DNA of 63,829 nt, counting the filler, from Chiloscyllium plagiosum (lineage: Eukaryota), in the NCBI RefSeq assembly GCF_004010195.1. It is 7 parts of one record of this genome, joined end to end, with 100 filler letters (N's around TTAATTAATTAA, not from the genome) between each part and the next. Parts side by side here need not be neighbours in the genome. Positions count along the whole stretch, not along the records: positions 13,667 to 24,824 come from NC_057712.1; positions 24,925 to 33,909 come from NC_057712.1; 5 more parts are not named here. One strand, given 5' to 3'. This document shows, piece after piece, positions 13,567 to 26,401 of this stretch. The translations under genes and the position numbers were made by a program. The notes beneath the pieces were generated by a model. It had not been told where the DNA came from and searched no databases. It saw nothing but the letters and a program-made list of their open reading frames with translations. Each line of letters begins with the position of its first letter. The stretch's first letter is position 1.

Positions 13567-14792
13567 NNNNNNNNNNNNNNNNNNNNNNNNNNNNNNNNNN
13601 NNNNNNNNNNTTAATTAATTAANNNNNNNNNNNNNNNNNNNNNNNNNNNNNNNNNNNNNNNNNNNNGGGGAGAAAATCAAATCCCTCTCCCCACCCCCCA
13701 TGATAATATTAAACAGTAAGGTAAGAGAAAAAAGGGGGGATATAAACCAAAGCGGGGGGAAAGGCAAACCAACATCCATTATGTCTTACAGTTTATCTAA
13801 GAGAGTCCAAGAATTCCTTAGCCTTTTCTGGTGATCCAAAGTTATATACGGATCCTTCATGGTTAAAGCGTAACGTTGCTGGGTAGCGTAAGGAGTACTG
13901 AATATTTAAGTCCCTTAAACACTTCTTCGCCTCGTCGAATGCCTTCCTCTTTCGAACCAGAGCCGGGCAAAAGTCCTGAAATAGCATGATCTTGGATCCT
14001 TTATAGATCATAGCTTGGGGATCTTTTCCGAGATTTCTAGAGGCTTCTAGGAGTATCTGCCTCTCCTTGTATCTCTGCAGCCGGAACAGGACCGGGCGTG
14101 GGCGCTGGTTCGAGCCGGGCCAGAGTATTGCGACCCGGTAGGCCCATTCCACCCTTACCTGGCCTGATCCAGCTTGCAGATTTAAAAGCTGTGGCAGCTA
14201 CTGCTCCAGGAATGCTGTAAGCTGGCCTTCCTCTTCCCGTTCGGGAAGGCCCAGCAAACGAATATTTTTTCGACGACCTCGATCGTCATATGATTTTCCA
14301 AGGTCGGACTCGCTGCTCGAGAGTCCGGACCTGATCCACAGCCGATTGAGCGGTAGTTTCGGAGGTCGCGGCCTTTAACTCCGCCCCTCCGACTCGGCGC
14401 TCGATTTCTTGGATTTCTCGGTCATGCTTCTGCAGCGCGGCCGAGAGCGAGTCCCAACGATTTCTGGATTCTGCAATAAAGGCATCGATCTTCGAATCCA
14501 GCTTGGAAATCATTTCTGCAAGGCTTGTTACTGTAGGTAAGTTCCCCGGGGCGGCTGTGGGCGCCTCTGGTGCAGCTGGAGAGGGTGGGGGAGGGGTTCC
14601 TGCTTGCTGAGAGCTGCGGGCTCCCTTCCCTTTAGTCATTTTTACTTAGGATTAAATTGTTTAAATGTAATATTACACAACTAATTAAATTACACAACTA
14701 TTATAAATGATTTGGTGAGCGTGGTAGGGGGTGGGTGACCCACTGTACCCAAGTCTTGGGAGGAGCACTATAGACTCAGACTTGCTGGGTCG

Positions 14793-14803
14793 CCGCCATC
14801 TTG
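14793..14803 (-). promoter_or_regulatory. YY1-type motif at the L1 5' end (CAAGATGGCGG)
   Basis: Element starts GGGGGGATCCAAGATGGCGGC; YY1 consensus is AANATGGCGGC. Confidence 0.6.
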
Positions 14804-16037
14804 GATCCCCCCAATTCTTTTTTATTCATTATTTTTAACCTATTCATTATAAAAACAAATTTCTACATTTTGCTACATTTATCAAACACATATAGATTAC
14901 CATAGTGTGAAAAATTTGGTTTGTTTCTCTTGCTTAGAATGTTTTCAGCCATTTCTGGTATGGGCTTTACAAGAAAATACAAAGAAAATTGTATTACAGC
15001 TTTCCAATGTGAAGATAGAAGGGCTTAAGTATCATCAAGATAGTAGATGACTATTAACAATTGTTAAATGAGAAGATGATTACAAAACGAGATTTGAATC
15101 TGTGGTGGGTCATTACAGCTTTGACTGTCAACTCTTGCTGGTTGAGAAAATTGCATCGGGTCATTAGTCATCCTCTCTTCTTTAACCAAACAAGACTTTT
15201 TTTTATTCTGAATTGGCGCCAAAACAGCTCAGCGCCAAAGTAATGAGCGCCAAAACAGTTTAGAGCCAAATTGGCGGGGCCAAATGATCGGCGCCGACTA
15301 TAACTATTCATGTTATGCACTAACCATCTGACCAAATAATCTGAGGGAATCACTGAAAATGAATAGCTAAAGATACCGCATCTCTTACTACAATCATGGA
15401 AAGGTTCAGCTGATTGGGCTGGAAACCACAAAGAGAACTGAGGACAACTTTGTTTGCATCATTTGGCTACTTGTCAAGCTTTCCCAACTGAAGTTCAGCT
15501 AGAGTCAGCTTCAGGAAAAAAAGCCGATGTTGCATTGAAACACCAAGAAGTGTAGCTCTAATTCACATTTGTGTATTCACTATGAATTGTTGATCATAAT
15601 ATTATACATTATAAAAAGGGGAGTTATTTATAAATAACGCTCTTAAATCAGTGCAATCAAGTTTCTGGCTTGTTAATTTTTCATAGATGTTCTTCAGAGG
15701 ACAAATGTGTCATCTCTGCTTGCATTATATAGTTTAATATCCTGTTTCAGTTGGAGCTGACAGATTATCACTGTTCTATGTAACATCTCAACCCATTTAC
15801 AAGCACAGCTACTGACGTCAGCCCGTGCTACTGGATGTTATATAAACCCTTTGAGATTCTCTGGAGTTAAAGTGCCAGCAATCAGCTGCTGCCAATGATC
15901 ATTCTCTCCAACTAAATAAGCCTTTACTGTTCCCTATCTTCAGGTAAGTGAGCATCTACTCTTCTTGTGTTCTTTTTGTCTCAACAACTGCAAGCAAACT
16001 TGTATTAGAGTTCCACCAGTTTTGAGATTATTATTCA

Positions 16038-16360
16038 ACATGTCTTTTAAGAGGGAGGGGCAACACGGTGGCTCAGTGGTTAGCACTGCTGCCTCACAGC
16101 ACCAGGGCCCCAGGTTCGATTCCAACCTCGGACGACTGTCTATGTGGAGTTTGCACATTCTCCCCATGTCTACATGGGTTTCCTTCCACAGTCCAGTGAT
16201 GTGCAGGTTAGGTGAATTGGTCATGCTAAATTACCCCATAGTGTTAGGTGCATTAGTCAGAGGAAAATGGGTCTGGGTGGGTTGCTCTTCGGAGGATCGG
16301 TGTGGATTGGTTGGGCCAAAGGGCCTGTTTCCACACTCTAGGAATCTAATCAAATCTAAA
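16038..16360 (+). mobile_element. HE1-like SINE
   Basis: Same consensus. Confidence 0.88.
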
Positions 16361-17736
16361 AAGTGGTATTTTAAACTTAGCTCATAATCGCTTTGAATTT
16401 CTGTAATTTTACATTTAGGAAGTGCATTTACTCCTATCAAGCCAGAGTTTAATTTAACGGTGGCTATGCTGAAATTAGTCAGCAACCAGCAACAGGTGTC
16501 TGAACAACACCCTGGGCATGTTGCACAATCCTGCCATTAGTACTTCTTATTCCATTAACTGAATATCAACCTTACACCCTGTAACATTCTTTTCATGAAA
16601 AGTCCAAAGCAATTTCTGATATTCAGCAACCCAAACATTTTGCCTTTTAGGGTAAACTCACAACATGTTTCTTGATTTTGATAACTTGTCCAGTTTCTTC
16701 ATTGAAGGGCAGCAATCCCGAATACATTTGAAATATTAACAGAAATAAGGCAAAATTGCCAACCTCATTTTCAGATTCCTGTTCTCAATGACAGATACCA
16801 ACTCATTGGGCACAGCAAACATGCATCACTTCACATTTGAAGGTTTGTCCGGACTGACCCAGTAGACAACTTGGTTTCAAATCTGATTTTAATGGACTTT
16901 ATTGATAGATCAGCAAAGGTTTGCTAGTCCAGTACATCATTGTTCAAAGTAATATGCATTAGTAGTTATTCCACAAAGTGGGGACAAAGAAAGCCAAATT
17001 AAATCCAGACTGCTGTGAGAGAGAACTTCAGTTCTCCTGGCGATCTCATTCCACAATACTGTATGACAATGGAGCTGTTTTATAAAATATTTTCATCTAA
17101 ATGGGTGGTAAACTTTGTAACCATATTGTATGGCAATGATGAAGAACCTGAGAGTGCTGCCTATTCTAGAGAGAGAAAATGGTGGATGCAGGTACAGTTA
17201 GAATATTTAAAAGACATTTGGATAAGTTCATGAATAGAAAAAATTTAGATGGATATGGACTAAGCACAGACAGGTGGAACTAATTTAGTTTGGGAACATG
17301 GTCGGCTTGGACTGGTTGGACTGAAAGGTCTGCTTTCATGCTGTATGACTTTATGACTGGGTTGAAATTGGGTTGGATATTGTTTGTAATTTTCTATGAA
17401 TTGGTGAGTTCCCACAGCTGGCAGACTTTTCAGATTTGTAGAAAGTTATGCTCCCAAATGTGTCCATTAAATCTGTACCAGCTCTTTCAAAGATGAAGCC
17501 AGTTAATTCCACTCTTACTCTCCCCACATTGCTGCATTCTTTCCTCCTCCTAATTCCTCTTTGATGGCTATTATTGAATCTATCTATTCACGTTGTCTGG
17601 CAGAGCACTGCGTTCCAAATCCTATCCACTGGTTCTTGGAGTGTGTTTCCTCATGATGCCTCTGGTTCTTTTCCTAATCATCTTCAATCTGTGCCTGCTG
17701 GATTTCAACAATTAAAGGTGTAGTTTCTCCTCATTT

Positions 17737-18010
17737 TAGATTAGATTACTTACAGTGTGGAAACAGGCCCTTCAACCCAACAAGTCCACACCGACCCGCC
17801 GAAGCGCAACACACCTAGACCTATTCCCCTACATTTACCTCTTCACCTGACACTACGGGCAATTTAGCATGGCCAGTTCACCTAACCTGCACATTTTTGA
17901 CTGGGAGGAAACCGGAGCACCCACACTGACACGGGGAGATTGTGCACACAGTTAGTCGCCTGAGGCAGGAATTGAACCTGGGTTTCTGGTGCTGTGAGGC
18001 AGCCGTGCCC
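17737..18010 (-). mobile_element. HE1-like SINE
   Basis: Same consensus. Confidence 0.88.
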
Positions 18011-20068
18011 CAGTTACCTGAACCCTTTATCCTGGATCCAGATAATTGGTTAATAGCAGCAACTCAACTTACTTTGAAGATGGTTTCTTTTTTTCTCTCA
18101 TTGTCCCAACGTTAAAGTAATACTTGTATTTTCTAATCAAGTAGCTTTAAGGGCATATTTTACAATGATGAAGCAAAACTGCAAAGAGCATGATATATAA
18201 TTACGTGAGTAGTACGTTTCTAAAAGATTGAATTTAGTTTCCGGACTGACTAAATCTCTTAGTTATAGAAATAGAAAGTGGGTCATTAACGCCAGTGCTT
18301 CACCAGAGGCTCACTGGTGACGACACATCTGAAAACGGACCTTCCAGCTCAGTGAGCAAACTTACATCCAGAGAAGTTAGTGTTTGGCTCGAAGGTTGCA
18401 AATATCCGAACATATTTTCAGCTTGCAGTTCTTCATCACTCACTATCAAGAATGAAAGGGTTACAATTGTCTGGTTTAAAGTCACTAACTCATTATGGTA
18501 TCCTGTTTCCCCATTTTAAAGAAAATGAAAATGCTAATTGATTTATTAAATATAAATTAAATTAAATATATTTTACACCATGTACTATTTATCCTTTTTG
18601 GTATTGACTAAATAAGTAGCAGTATGCACATACTCAGCAATTCACTTTTTTTTTGAGCCTTTGGTATCTGAGAACAGAAACGAAAGAGATCGGAATACTT
18701 TTATTATGATAACAAAACTGATATCTTAGGAAATGAGACCGTTTGCTAAAGGTTCGTATAAATAACCTTTATTACAAACGCATGTTGTTAGCAAATGGTA
18801 AGTGACTGGACACTAATTCACATTAATCATATTGATATATTGCAATATTACAGCTAGACTATCCATTTACATTACTGCAATGTGCTTTTCATGTTAAATT
18901 CGAGTAAGATGGACAGCTGAGCTGTCATAAACCTCCATCAGTTTCTACAATCAGCAAGACATCAAAATAGTATAGTGCGTATAGAGAGGTGGTCATACTG
19001 CAGACTTAGACTCTGCAGGCAGGAAGGGAATGGGTGACCACCAGGCAGAGCAGGAAGGCTAAGCAGGCAGTGCAGGAATCTGCTGTGGCTATTCCCCTGC
19101 AAAACAGATATACCGTTTTGGATATTGTTGAGGGAGTCGGCTCTCAGGGAATAGTAGCAGTAGCCAAATTCTTGGCACCATGATTGGCTCTGCTGCAGAG
19201 GGAGGGAGAAATAGGCATAGAAATGTTATAGTTATAGAGGATTCAATTGTAAAGGGAATAGATAGGCATTTCTGTGACCACAAATGAGAATCCAGGATAA
19301 CGTGTTGCCTCCCTGGTACTACGATCCTGGATGCGATTTCAGGGCATTCTGGTGGGTGAGGGCAAACAATCTGTGGTCGTGGTACAACATAGGGAAAAAA
19401 AAGAGATGAGTGCCTAAAAGCAAAATATAAAGAACCAGGAAGAAAGTGGAAAGACGACCTCAAAAGTAGTTATCTCAGTGCCATGAGCTAGTCAAAATAG
19501 GGACAGCAGAATATATAGAATGAACATATGGCTGAAAAGATGGTGTGAGGAGGAGGGTTTCAGATTTGTGGGGTACTGGGACTTGTTCTAGGGGAGGTAG
19601 GAGCTGTACAAACTGGATGGGTTACACCTGGGCAGAATGGGTTACACCTGGGAAGGAATGATGTCCTTCAGGGGGCTACTTGGTACAGTGGTTGGGGAGG
19701 GTCTAAACTAGTATAGCAGGAGGATGGAGACCAGAGGAGTAGGCCAGTAGATGCAGAAATTGAGGGACAGGTAGAAAACAAGGCAAACATGACTAAGAAC
19801 AAGATCAGGCAGGGAAACACTGCTGAAAAGAGCAGGGAGGGGTGGTCTGAAATGCAAGTTGTGTAATAGGCAGGGTGGATGAACTTAGAGCTTTGGTACA
19901 GAGACTTGGCTGAAAGAGGGATAGGACTGGCAGCTGAATGTCCCAGGATTTAGACAATAGACAATAGGTGCAGGAGTAGGCCATTCAACCCTTTGAGCCA
20001 GTCTCACCATTCATTATGATCATGGATGATCATCCACAATCAGTATCCTGTTCCTGCCTTACCCCATA

Positions 20069-20197
20069 AGGAGAAAGTGAGGACTGCAGGTGCTGGAGGC
20101 CAGAGTTGAAAAATGTGATGCTGGAAAAACACAGCAGGTCAGGCAGCATCCGAGGAGGAGGAGAATCGACGTTTCGGGCATAAGCCCTTCTTCAGGA
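20069..20197 (-). mobile_element. Solo ~130-bp PLE terminal fragment nested in a CR1 3' end
   Basis: TSD TTACCCCATA at 20059-20068 and 20198-20207; intact hammerhead motif at 20168-20195 (-). Confidence 0.88.
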
Positions 20198-21822
20198 TTA
20201 CCCCATACCCCTTGATTCCTCTATCTTGAAGAGCTCTATCCATCTCTTTCTTGAAAGTATCCAGAGACTTGGCCTCCACTGTCTTCTTGGGGCAGAGCAT
20301 TCCATATATCCACCACTCTCTGGGTGAAGAAGTTTCTCCTCAACTCTGTTCTAAATGGCCTAGAGGTTTTGGTGTGATAGAAAGGGATGTAAAAAGAGTG
20401 TTGCATTACTAGTAAAGGAGTATCTCTCAGCTATACTGAGGAAGGAATAATCAGATGACTCGTGCAGGGAGGCAATATTGGTAGAACCTAGGAATAGGAA
20501 AGGTGAAATTACAATAATGGCAGTACACCACAGGCCTCTCAACAGCCAATGGGAGATAGTGGAGAGAATGTGTAAACAGATTTTGGAAAGATGTAAAAAC
20601 AGCAGGGTTGTTGTTGTGGGTGATTTTAACTTCCCCTATGTTGACTGGGATTCACTTCGGACTACGGCTTGGAAGAGGCCATTTGTAAGGACCATTCAGG
20701 AGGATTTCTTGACACAATATGTAAACAGTCCAACCAGCGAAGTGGTTATACTGGACCTGGTTTTGGGAAGTGAGCCTGGCCAGGTGAGTGAAGTTTCAGT
20801 GAGAGAGCATTTCAGGAGTAGTGACCATAGTACTGTGAGATTTAAGATACTCATGGATAGGGATAACTGCAGTCCTCGGGCGAAGGTACTAAATTGGGGA
20901 AGGCAAACTACAACAATATTAGGCAGGAACTGGAGAATTTTGATTGGAGGTGGCTGTTTGAGGGTAAATCCACATTGGACACGTGGGTGTATTTCAAATG
21001 GCAATTGATACTTGTTCAGGAGCAGCATGTTCCTGCAAGAATGAAGGATAGATATGGCAAGTTACTTGACCTTTGGATGATCAGGTTTATTATGACCTGA
21101 GTCAAAAAGGAAAAGAAAGCATAGGAGAATGATCCCAGGGAAGGGAGTGTTGAATTTCTAAGCCAAGTTTCTACTGAAAAGGAAGAAGTGTTATGCATTT
21201 TAAGAAGTATTAAGATAGCTAAGTCCTCAGGTCCTGATGAGGTCTTTCCCAGAATACTGAGGGAGGCAAGAGAACAAATTGCTGGAGCATTGAGAGACAT
21301 CTCTGTATCCATTTGGCTACAGGTGAGGTCTCAGAGAACTGGAGAATATCCAATGTTGTCCCATTGTTTAAGAAGGGTAGAGGGATAATCCGGGAAATTA
21401 CAGGTCTATGACCCTGGCATCAGTGGTAGGGAAATTATTGGAAAAAATTCTCAGGGACAAGATATATACAAACAAATGGACTTATTAGCAATCGACAGTA
21501 TGGTTTTGTGTGTCACTAACTTGATCATGTTTTGAGGAGGTGATGAAGATGATTGAGGAAAAAGCAGTTTATTTGACAAGATCCCTCATTGCAGACTGGT
21601 ACAAAAGGTGAAGTAGCATGGTATCAGAAGTGAGCTGGCAAGATGGATACAGAACTAGCTTAGTCATAGGAGACAGAGGGTAGCAGGGGTAGGATGCTGT
21701 TTGGAATGGACGATTGAGAGTAGTGGGACTGGGACCTTTGCTGTTCGTCGTCTACATAAGTTTGCAGACAGTACAAAGATTGGTGGGATTGTGCATAGTG
21801 AGAAGGATTGTCAGAGGATATA

Positions 21823-22054
21823 ATCTTGGAGGAGAAAGTGAGGACTGCAGATGCTGGAGATCAGAGCTGAAAATGTGTTGCTGGAAAAGCGCAGCAGGTC
21901 AGGCAGCGTCCAAGGAACAGGAGAATCGACGTTTCGGGCATAAGCCCTTCTTCAGGAAAGGGCTGAAGAAGGGCTTATGTCCGAAACGTCGATTCTCCTG
22001 TTCCTTGGATGTTGCCTGACCTGCTGTGCTTTTCCAGCAACACATTTTCAGCAG
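21823..22054. mobile_element. Fold-back PLE terminal-repeat element inserted in a CR1, 14-bp TSD
   Basis: Inverted arms meet at ~21955-21963; TGTCAGAGGATATA at 21809-21822 and 22055-22068. Confidence 0.88.
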
Positions 22055-22983
22055 TGTCAGAGGATATAGATCAGTTGGAGGCATAGGCAGAAAAATGGCA
22101 GTTGGAGCTTAATCCAAACAAGTGTGAGGTGATGCATTTTGGAAGATCAAATACAGTAGAAATTATACAGTGAATGGCAGAACTCTTAGCATTCATTTGC
22201 AGAGAAATCTGGGTGTGCAGGTCCACAGGTCACTGAAGGCAGCAGCGCAGATAGACAAGGTAGTGTTGCCTTCATTGGAATGGCATTGACTATAATGATA
22301 TGTAAGTTATGCTACAGCTTTATAGAATTTTGGTTAGACCACTTGGAATATTGCGTACAGTTCTGGTCACCACACTACCAGAAGGATGTGGATGGTTTGG
22401 TTTACCAAGGTGTTGCCTGGTATGGGTGATTTTAGCTATGAAGAAAAATTAGATAGACTGGGTTTATTTTCACTGGAACACAGGAGGTTGAGGGACGACC
22501 TGATAGAAGTTTGTGAATGCCATGGGTAGAGTAGAAAATATGAGGCTTTTTCCCAGGGTGGAGGGGTCAGTTACTAGGGGACACGGGTTCAGGATGTAAG
22601 GGAGTGAAGTTTAAAAGAGATATGGGAGGCAAGTTTTTCACACAATTGGTGGTGACTGCCTGATGTGAGCTGTCAGAGAAGGTAGCAGAAGCAGACACAA
22701 TAGCAGCATTCAAGAAATGCCTGGACAAATACATGAATAGGAAGGAATAGAGGTATATGAATCTATAAGTGAGGACAGTTTTAATATGGAAGGGCAAAAT
22801 GTTTCGGCACAGGCTTGGAGGATCGAAAGGCCTGCTCCTGTCCTGTATTGTTCTTTGTTCTGATGATGATACATGTCCAAATATTCTTTCTCCCAGTCCC
22901 AACTGTTCACCTTTTATCTATCTGTATATCAATTAATCAATCAACTACGATCATCTATTGTCCTTCTAACCTTTCTTACTTCT

Positions 22984-23330
22984 TGGCATGGTGGCTCAGT
23001 GGTTAGCACTGCTGCCTCACAGTGCCAAGGACCCAGGTTTGATTCCAGCCTTGGGCGACTGTCTGTGTGGAGTTTGCACACTCTCCCCGTGTCTGCATGG
23101 GTTTCCTCCGGGTGCCCGGGTTTCCTCCGGGTGCCCCAGTTTCCTCCCACAGTCCAAAGATGTGCAGGTCAGGTGAGTTGGCCATTCTAAATTGCCCATA
23201 GTGTTAGGTGTATTAATTAGGGGTAAATATGGGGAATGGGTCAGGGTGGGTTACTCTTCAGAGGCTCACTGTGGACTTGTTGGGCTGAATGGCCTGTTTC
23301 TACATTGTAGGGAATCTAGTCTAATCTAAA
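22984..23330 (+). mobile_element. HE1-like SINE with an internal 19-bp duplication
   Basis: Same consensus; gggtttcctccgggtgccc repeated. Confidence 0.88.
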
Positions 23331-23869
23331 AAAAATTTAATACTGAAATTTAAACATTTTTTTAACAACAGCTGAACAACCTTGACAAATTTAATAATGA
23401 AAAAGAATTGAAATGTCAATTCATAGAATCACAGAATGTTTACAGCACAGAAGGTCATTCAGCCCATTGTGTGCATCTAACATCTCAGGAACATAGTCCC
23501 ACTCCCCATCCTCTCATTGTAGCTATGCAATTTCTTTTCTCTACAGTGTTTATGCAATCTGGATTAAGACCACAAGGTCATAAGATATAGGAGCAAACTT
23601 AGCCCTTTCAGCCCATTAAGTCAACTCTCCTATCTGCTATAATGTTTCAGATTTGATTTTGATTTGATTTAAGCTTTTTTGTCATGTAAAGAAGGACAGG
23701 AGTACAGTGAAAATTGTACAATATCGCCACACACAGTGCCATCTTAGGTACAAAAGTACTGAGGTACAAAGTAGTAACATAGATCAACAAAGTTAAAAGT
23801 GAAACATGATAGTTTTTCCTATTATTAAGTAGAAAAATAAAGAAATAAAGGTAAAACTTCAACAGTCTT

Positions 23870-24824
23870 TCTTTTCTTTTTATAGATATTTTTATTAGAA
23901 ATTTAACATTTTTACAAGTTTACAAAAATAAACAAAACTCTCAGATATAAACATTGATATACAATTAGCTCAAATATACAATAACCAAAATTTGACAAAA
24001 AAAAACAAAAAACAAAACAACAAAAAAAACGAAAAGAAAAAAAACACAAACAAACAAAACTCAACTCTCTACTAATCTAACCTACAACTAACCAGGGTGT
24101 ATATTTAAGTCTCTTACATGCTCGGGATGTGTTAACATCAGATATGATAAAACCCGTATTCGTGCGGGATTCCTCCCCCGAGGGGCCGCGGACCAGCCAG
24201 GTCTGTAGTCTCAATTAAATAAAAGCCCTTGTTAGGATAGCCGAAATATCTGTATTTATGTAATTCAAAAAGAGCTGCCATATTTTATAAAATAATTCGG
24301 TCTTTCGGTGCACCATATTTGTAAGGAAGTCAAGGGGAATACATTCCATAATTAGTCTGTGCCAATTTGAAAGTCCAGGGGGGCCCTCCGCCACCCAGTT
24401 CATCAAAATATTTTTCCTTGCACAGAAAGAAAGAATAGAAAATAGTCTCTTCCCATACGTGTCCAGGGAGGGAAAGTTCGAAAAGCCCAAGAGGAGAGAT
24501 ACGGGGTCCACTTTAATTTCCGTTCCTAAAATTTCTATCAGGGTACTTGCTACTTTAGTCCAATATCTACGGATCTTACTACAGGTCCACAAGCAATGTA
24601 CAAGAGTGCCCACCTCTATTTTGCATTTAGGACACATTGGAGATGCTCCTGCCTTAAATTTTGCCAATCGAACCGGTGCTATATGGGCCCTATGAAGTAT
24701 CTTCAGCTGGATAGCCTGGGTTCTGTTACAAATAGTAATTCTTCTAGCATTTTCCCAGATATCATTCCACGTTTCTGTGGAGATTTCTAGTCCCAGATCC
24801 TGAACCCATGTTTTAAGCAGATTA
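23870..24824 (-). mobile_element. L1 3' end, same family as 11977-14812
   Basis: ORF 24215..24667 with CCHC knuckle; near-identical 3' UTR to 11980-12720. Confidence 0.9.
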
Positions 24825-24924
24825 NNNNNNNNNNNNNNNNNNNNNNNNNNNNNNNNNNNNNNNNNNNNTTAATTAATTAANNNNNNNNNNNNNNNNNNNN
24901 NNNNNNNNNNNNNNNNNNNNNNNN

Positions 24925-25515
24925 GTCATGTTGCGGCTGTACAGGACATTGGTTAGGCCACTGTTGGAATATTGCATGCAATTCTGGTCTCCTTCCTATT
25001 GGAAAGATGTTGTGAAACTTGAAAGGATTTAGAAAAGATTTACAAGGATGTTGCCAGGGTTGGAGGATCTGAGCTACAGGGAGAAGCTGAACAGGCTGGG
25101 CCTGTTTTCCCTGGAGCGTCTGAGGCTGAGGGGTGACCTTATAGAGGTTTACAAAATTATGAGGGGCATGGATAGGATAAATAGACAAGGTATTTTCCTG
25201 GGGTGGGGAGTCTAAAACTAGTGGGCATAGGTTTACGGTGAGAGGGGAAAGATATAAAAGAGACCTAAAAGGTCAACTTTTTCATGCAGAGGGTGGTACG
25301 TGTATGGAATGAACTGCTAGAGAATGTGGTGGAGGCTGGTACAATTGCAACATTTAAGAGGCATTTGAATGGGTATATGAATAGGAAGGGTTTGGAGGGA
25401 TATGGGCCGGGTGCTGGCAGGTGGGACGAGGTTGGGTTGGAATATCTGGTCGGCCTGGACGGGTTGGACTGAAGGGTCTGTTTCCATGCTGGACATCTCT
25501 ATGACTCTATAACTC
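24925..25515 (+). mobile_element. CR1 3' end
   Basis: RT C-terminus and (ctctatga)-type tail. Confidence 0.85.
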
Positions 25516-26337
25516 TTTTACCACAACTTTAATATAATTCTGTACTGTGGCAGAGAAGCACAATTCTAAATTAAGGTCAAATGGTAAATCTACAAGGAAA
25601 TATATTTACGTATCCTTTGTTTTTCTTATATTAGTCAAATAAGCCAAAGGCTGGTCAATTTTTTTCCTGAACTTATTTAGTCTTCAAAGTGATTAAATTT
25701 TGTATCTGGATCAATTTAAATAACAGCTTAACGAACTTTATACTGCTAAAGTCTGCTTGATATTTCAGTACTACTAATCTTGAGTTGTTGCTAATAGACT
25801 CAATTTCTATTCTTGGACATATGGGCAAAAATGTGTTTGCATAGCTTCATTTCTATTGGTACCACATTCATTACTTGATTCCCTGTGGGCTGACAGCTGT
25901 GGAGGTGGAGCCCCCTGTCTGCGCACAGGGAATCACATAACTTGTTGCTTTGAAGAAGATCTATTGAAGCAAATATTTCCCTCAAAATCTAGGGAGTCAG
26001 AATTACAATAGTGTTGAAGGCTGCTGCATACCTGATATGTAACTTTCAATGAAATGTTGAATTGAAGCCCTGTTCAGGTGAATATAAAAGATCCCATAGG
26101 AGATCTCACCTATTCCAGCCACAATTGATCCCTTAAGTAAACCACCAAATCAAGTTGCTGTAATTTTGTAATTGACGGAGTTGTGCTGCATCTAGTTTAG
26201 CTATTGCAGTTCTATAAGAAACACAAATAACTGAACTTCAAAGCTGACTCATTAGTTGTGAAATGCTTTTGAACATGAGAATATACAAGGTCCTATTTTA
26301 ATGTAAATGTTTTCTTCTTCCCTTCATTATTATCCAG

Positions 26338-26401
26338 ATATGAAGACTATGTTGATCAACGCTATAAGGAATATTTGAAAAATCAAGGCAAAGTGGATTC
26401 A
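26338..26401 (+). CDS. ift172: IFT172 internal coding exon ((R)[21 protein letters not shown])
   Basis: Pyrimidine tract + tatccAG acceptor, GTAAGA donor at 26402; 64 nt, phase 2->0; closely matches recalled vertebrate IFT172 [22 protein letters not shown]. Confidence 0.95.

Larger units (their letters stand above)
11977..14812 (-). mobile_element. L1-clade LINE with 5' end, frameshifted ORF1 (14639->13793) and 3' end; most of ORF2 missing at the gap
   Basis: ORF1p coiled coil + RRKNIRLLGLPE + PRPVLFRL...FQDF...YPATL; ORF2 C-terminal CPKC...HCLWTC; AATAAA and A-tail; AATTCTT flanks both ends (11970-11976, 14813-14819). Confidence 0.9.
11801..15309. mobile_element. Non-autonomous TIR element (MITE/foldback-like) with ~105-bp internally repetitive TIRs, interrupted by an L1
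   Basis: 11801-11905 is the near-perfect reverse complement of 15205-15309; recurring TTGGC(G)C motif; no transposase seen; TSD not resolved. Confidence 0.8.
18980..22860 (+). mobile_element. Long decayed CR1 (ORF1 esterase, EN, RT, 3' tail) with nested insertions
   Basis: GDFNFP and ILDLVL endonuclease motifs (ORF 20478..21008), KSSGPD; nested - strand CR1 tail at ~19953-20360. Confidence 0.85.

Noticed and set aside
13567..13666. TTAATTAATTAA centred in 100-nt N gaps (also 24825, 33910, 44229, 54143, 61592)
   Set aside because: Identical spacer with stops in all frames inside fixed-length gaps; a scaffolding artefact, not biology
15900..15950. Strong CAG/GTAAGT donor-like site
   Set aside because: Upstream sequence does not translate to IFT172 or any recognisable protein
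18340..18502. Minus-strand exon-like segment GYHNELVTLNQTIVTLSFLI... with GTGAGT/GTAAGT donors
   Set aside because: The GTAAGT lies in a decayed PLE family B terminus, the acceptor is weak and the peptide is unrecognised
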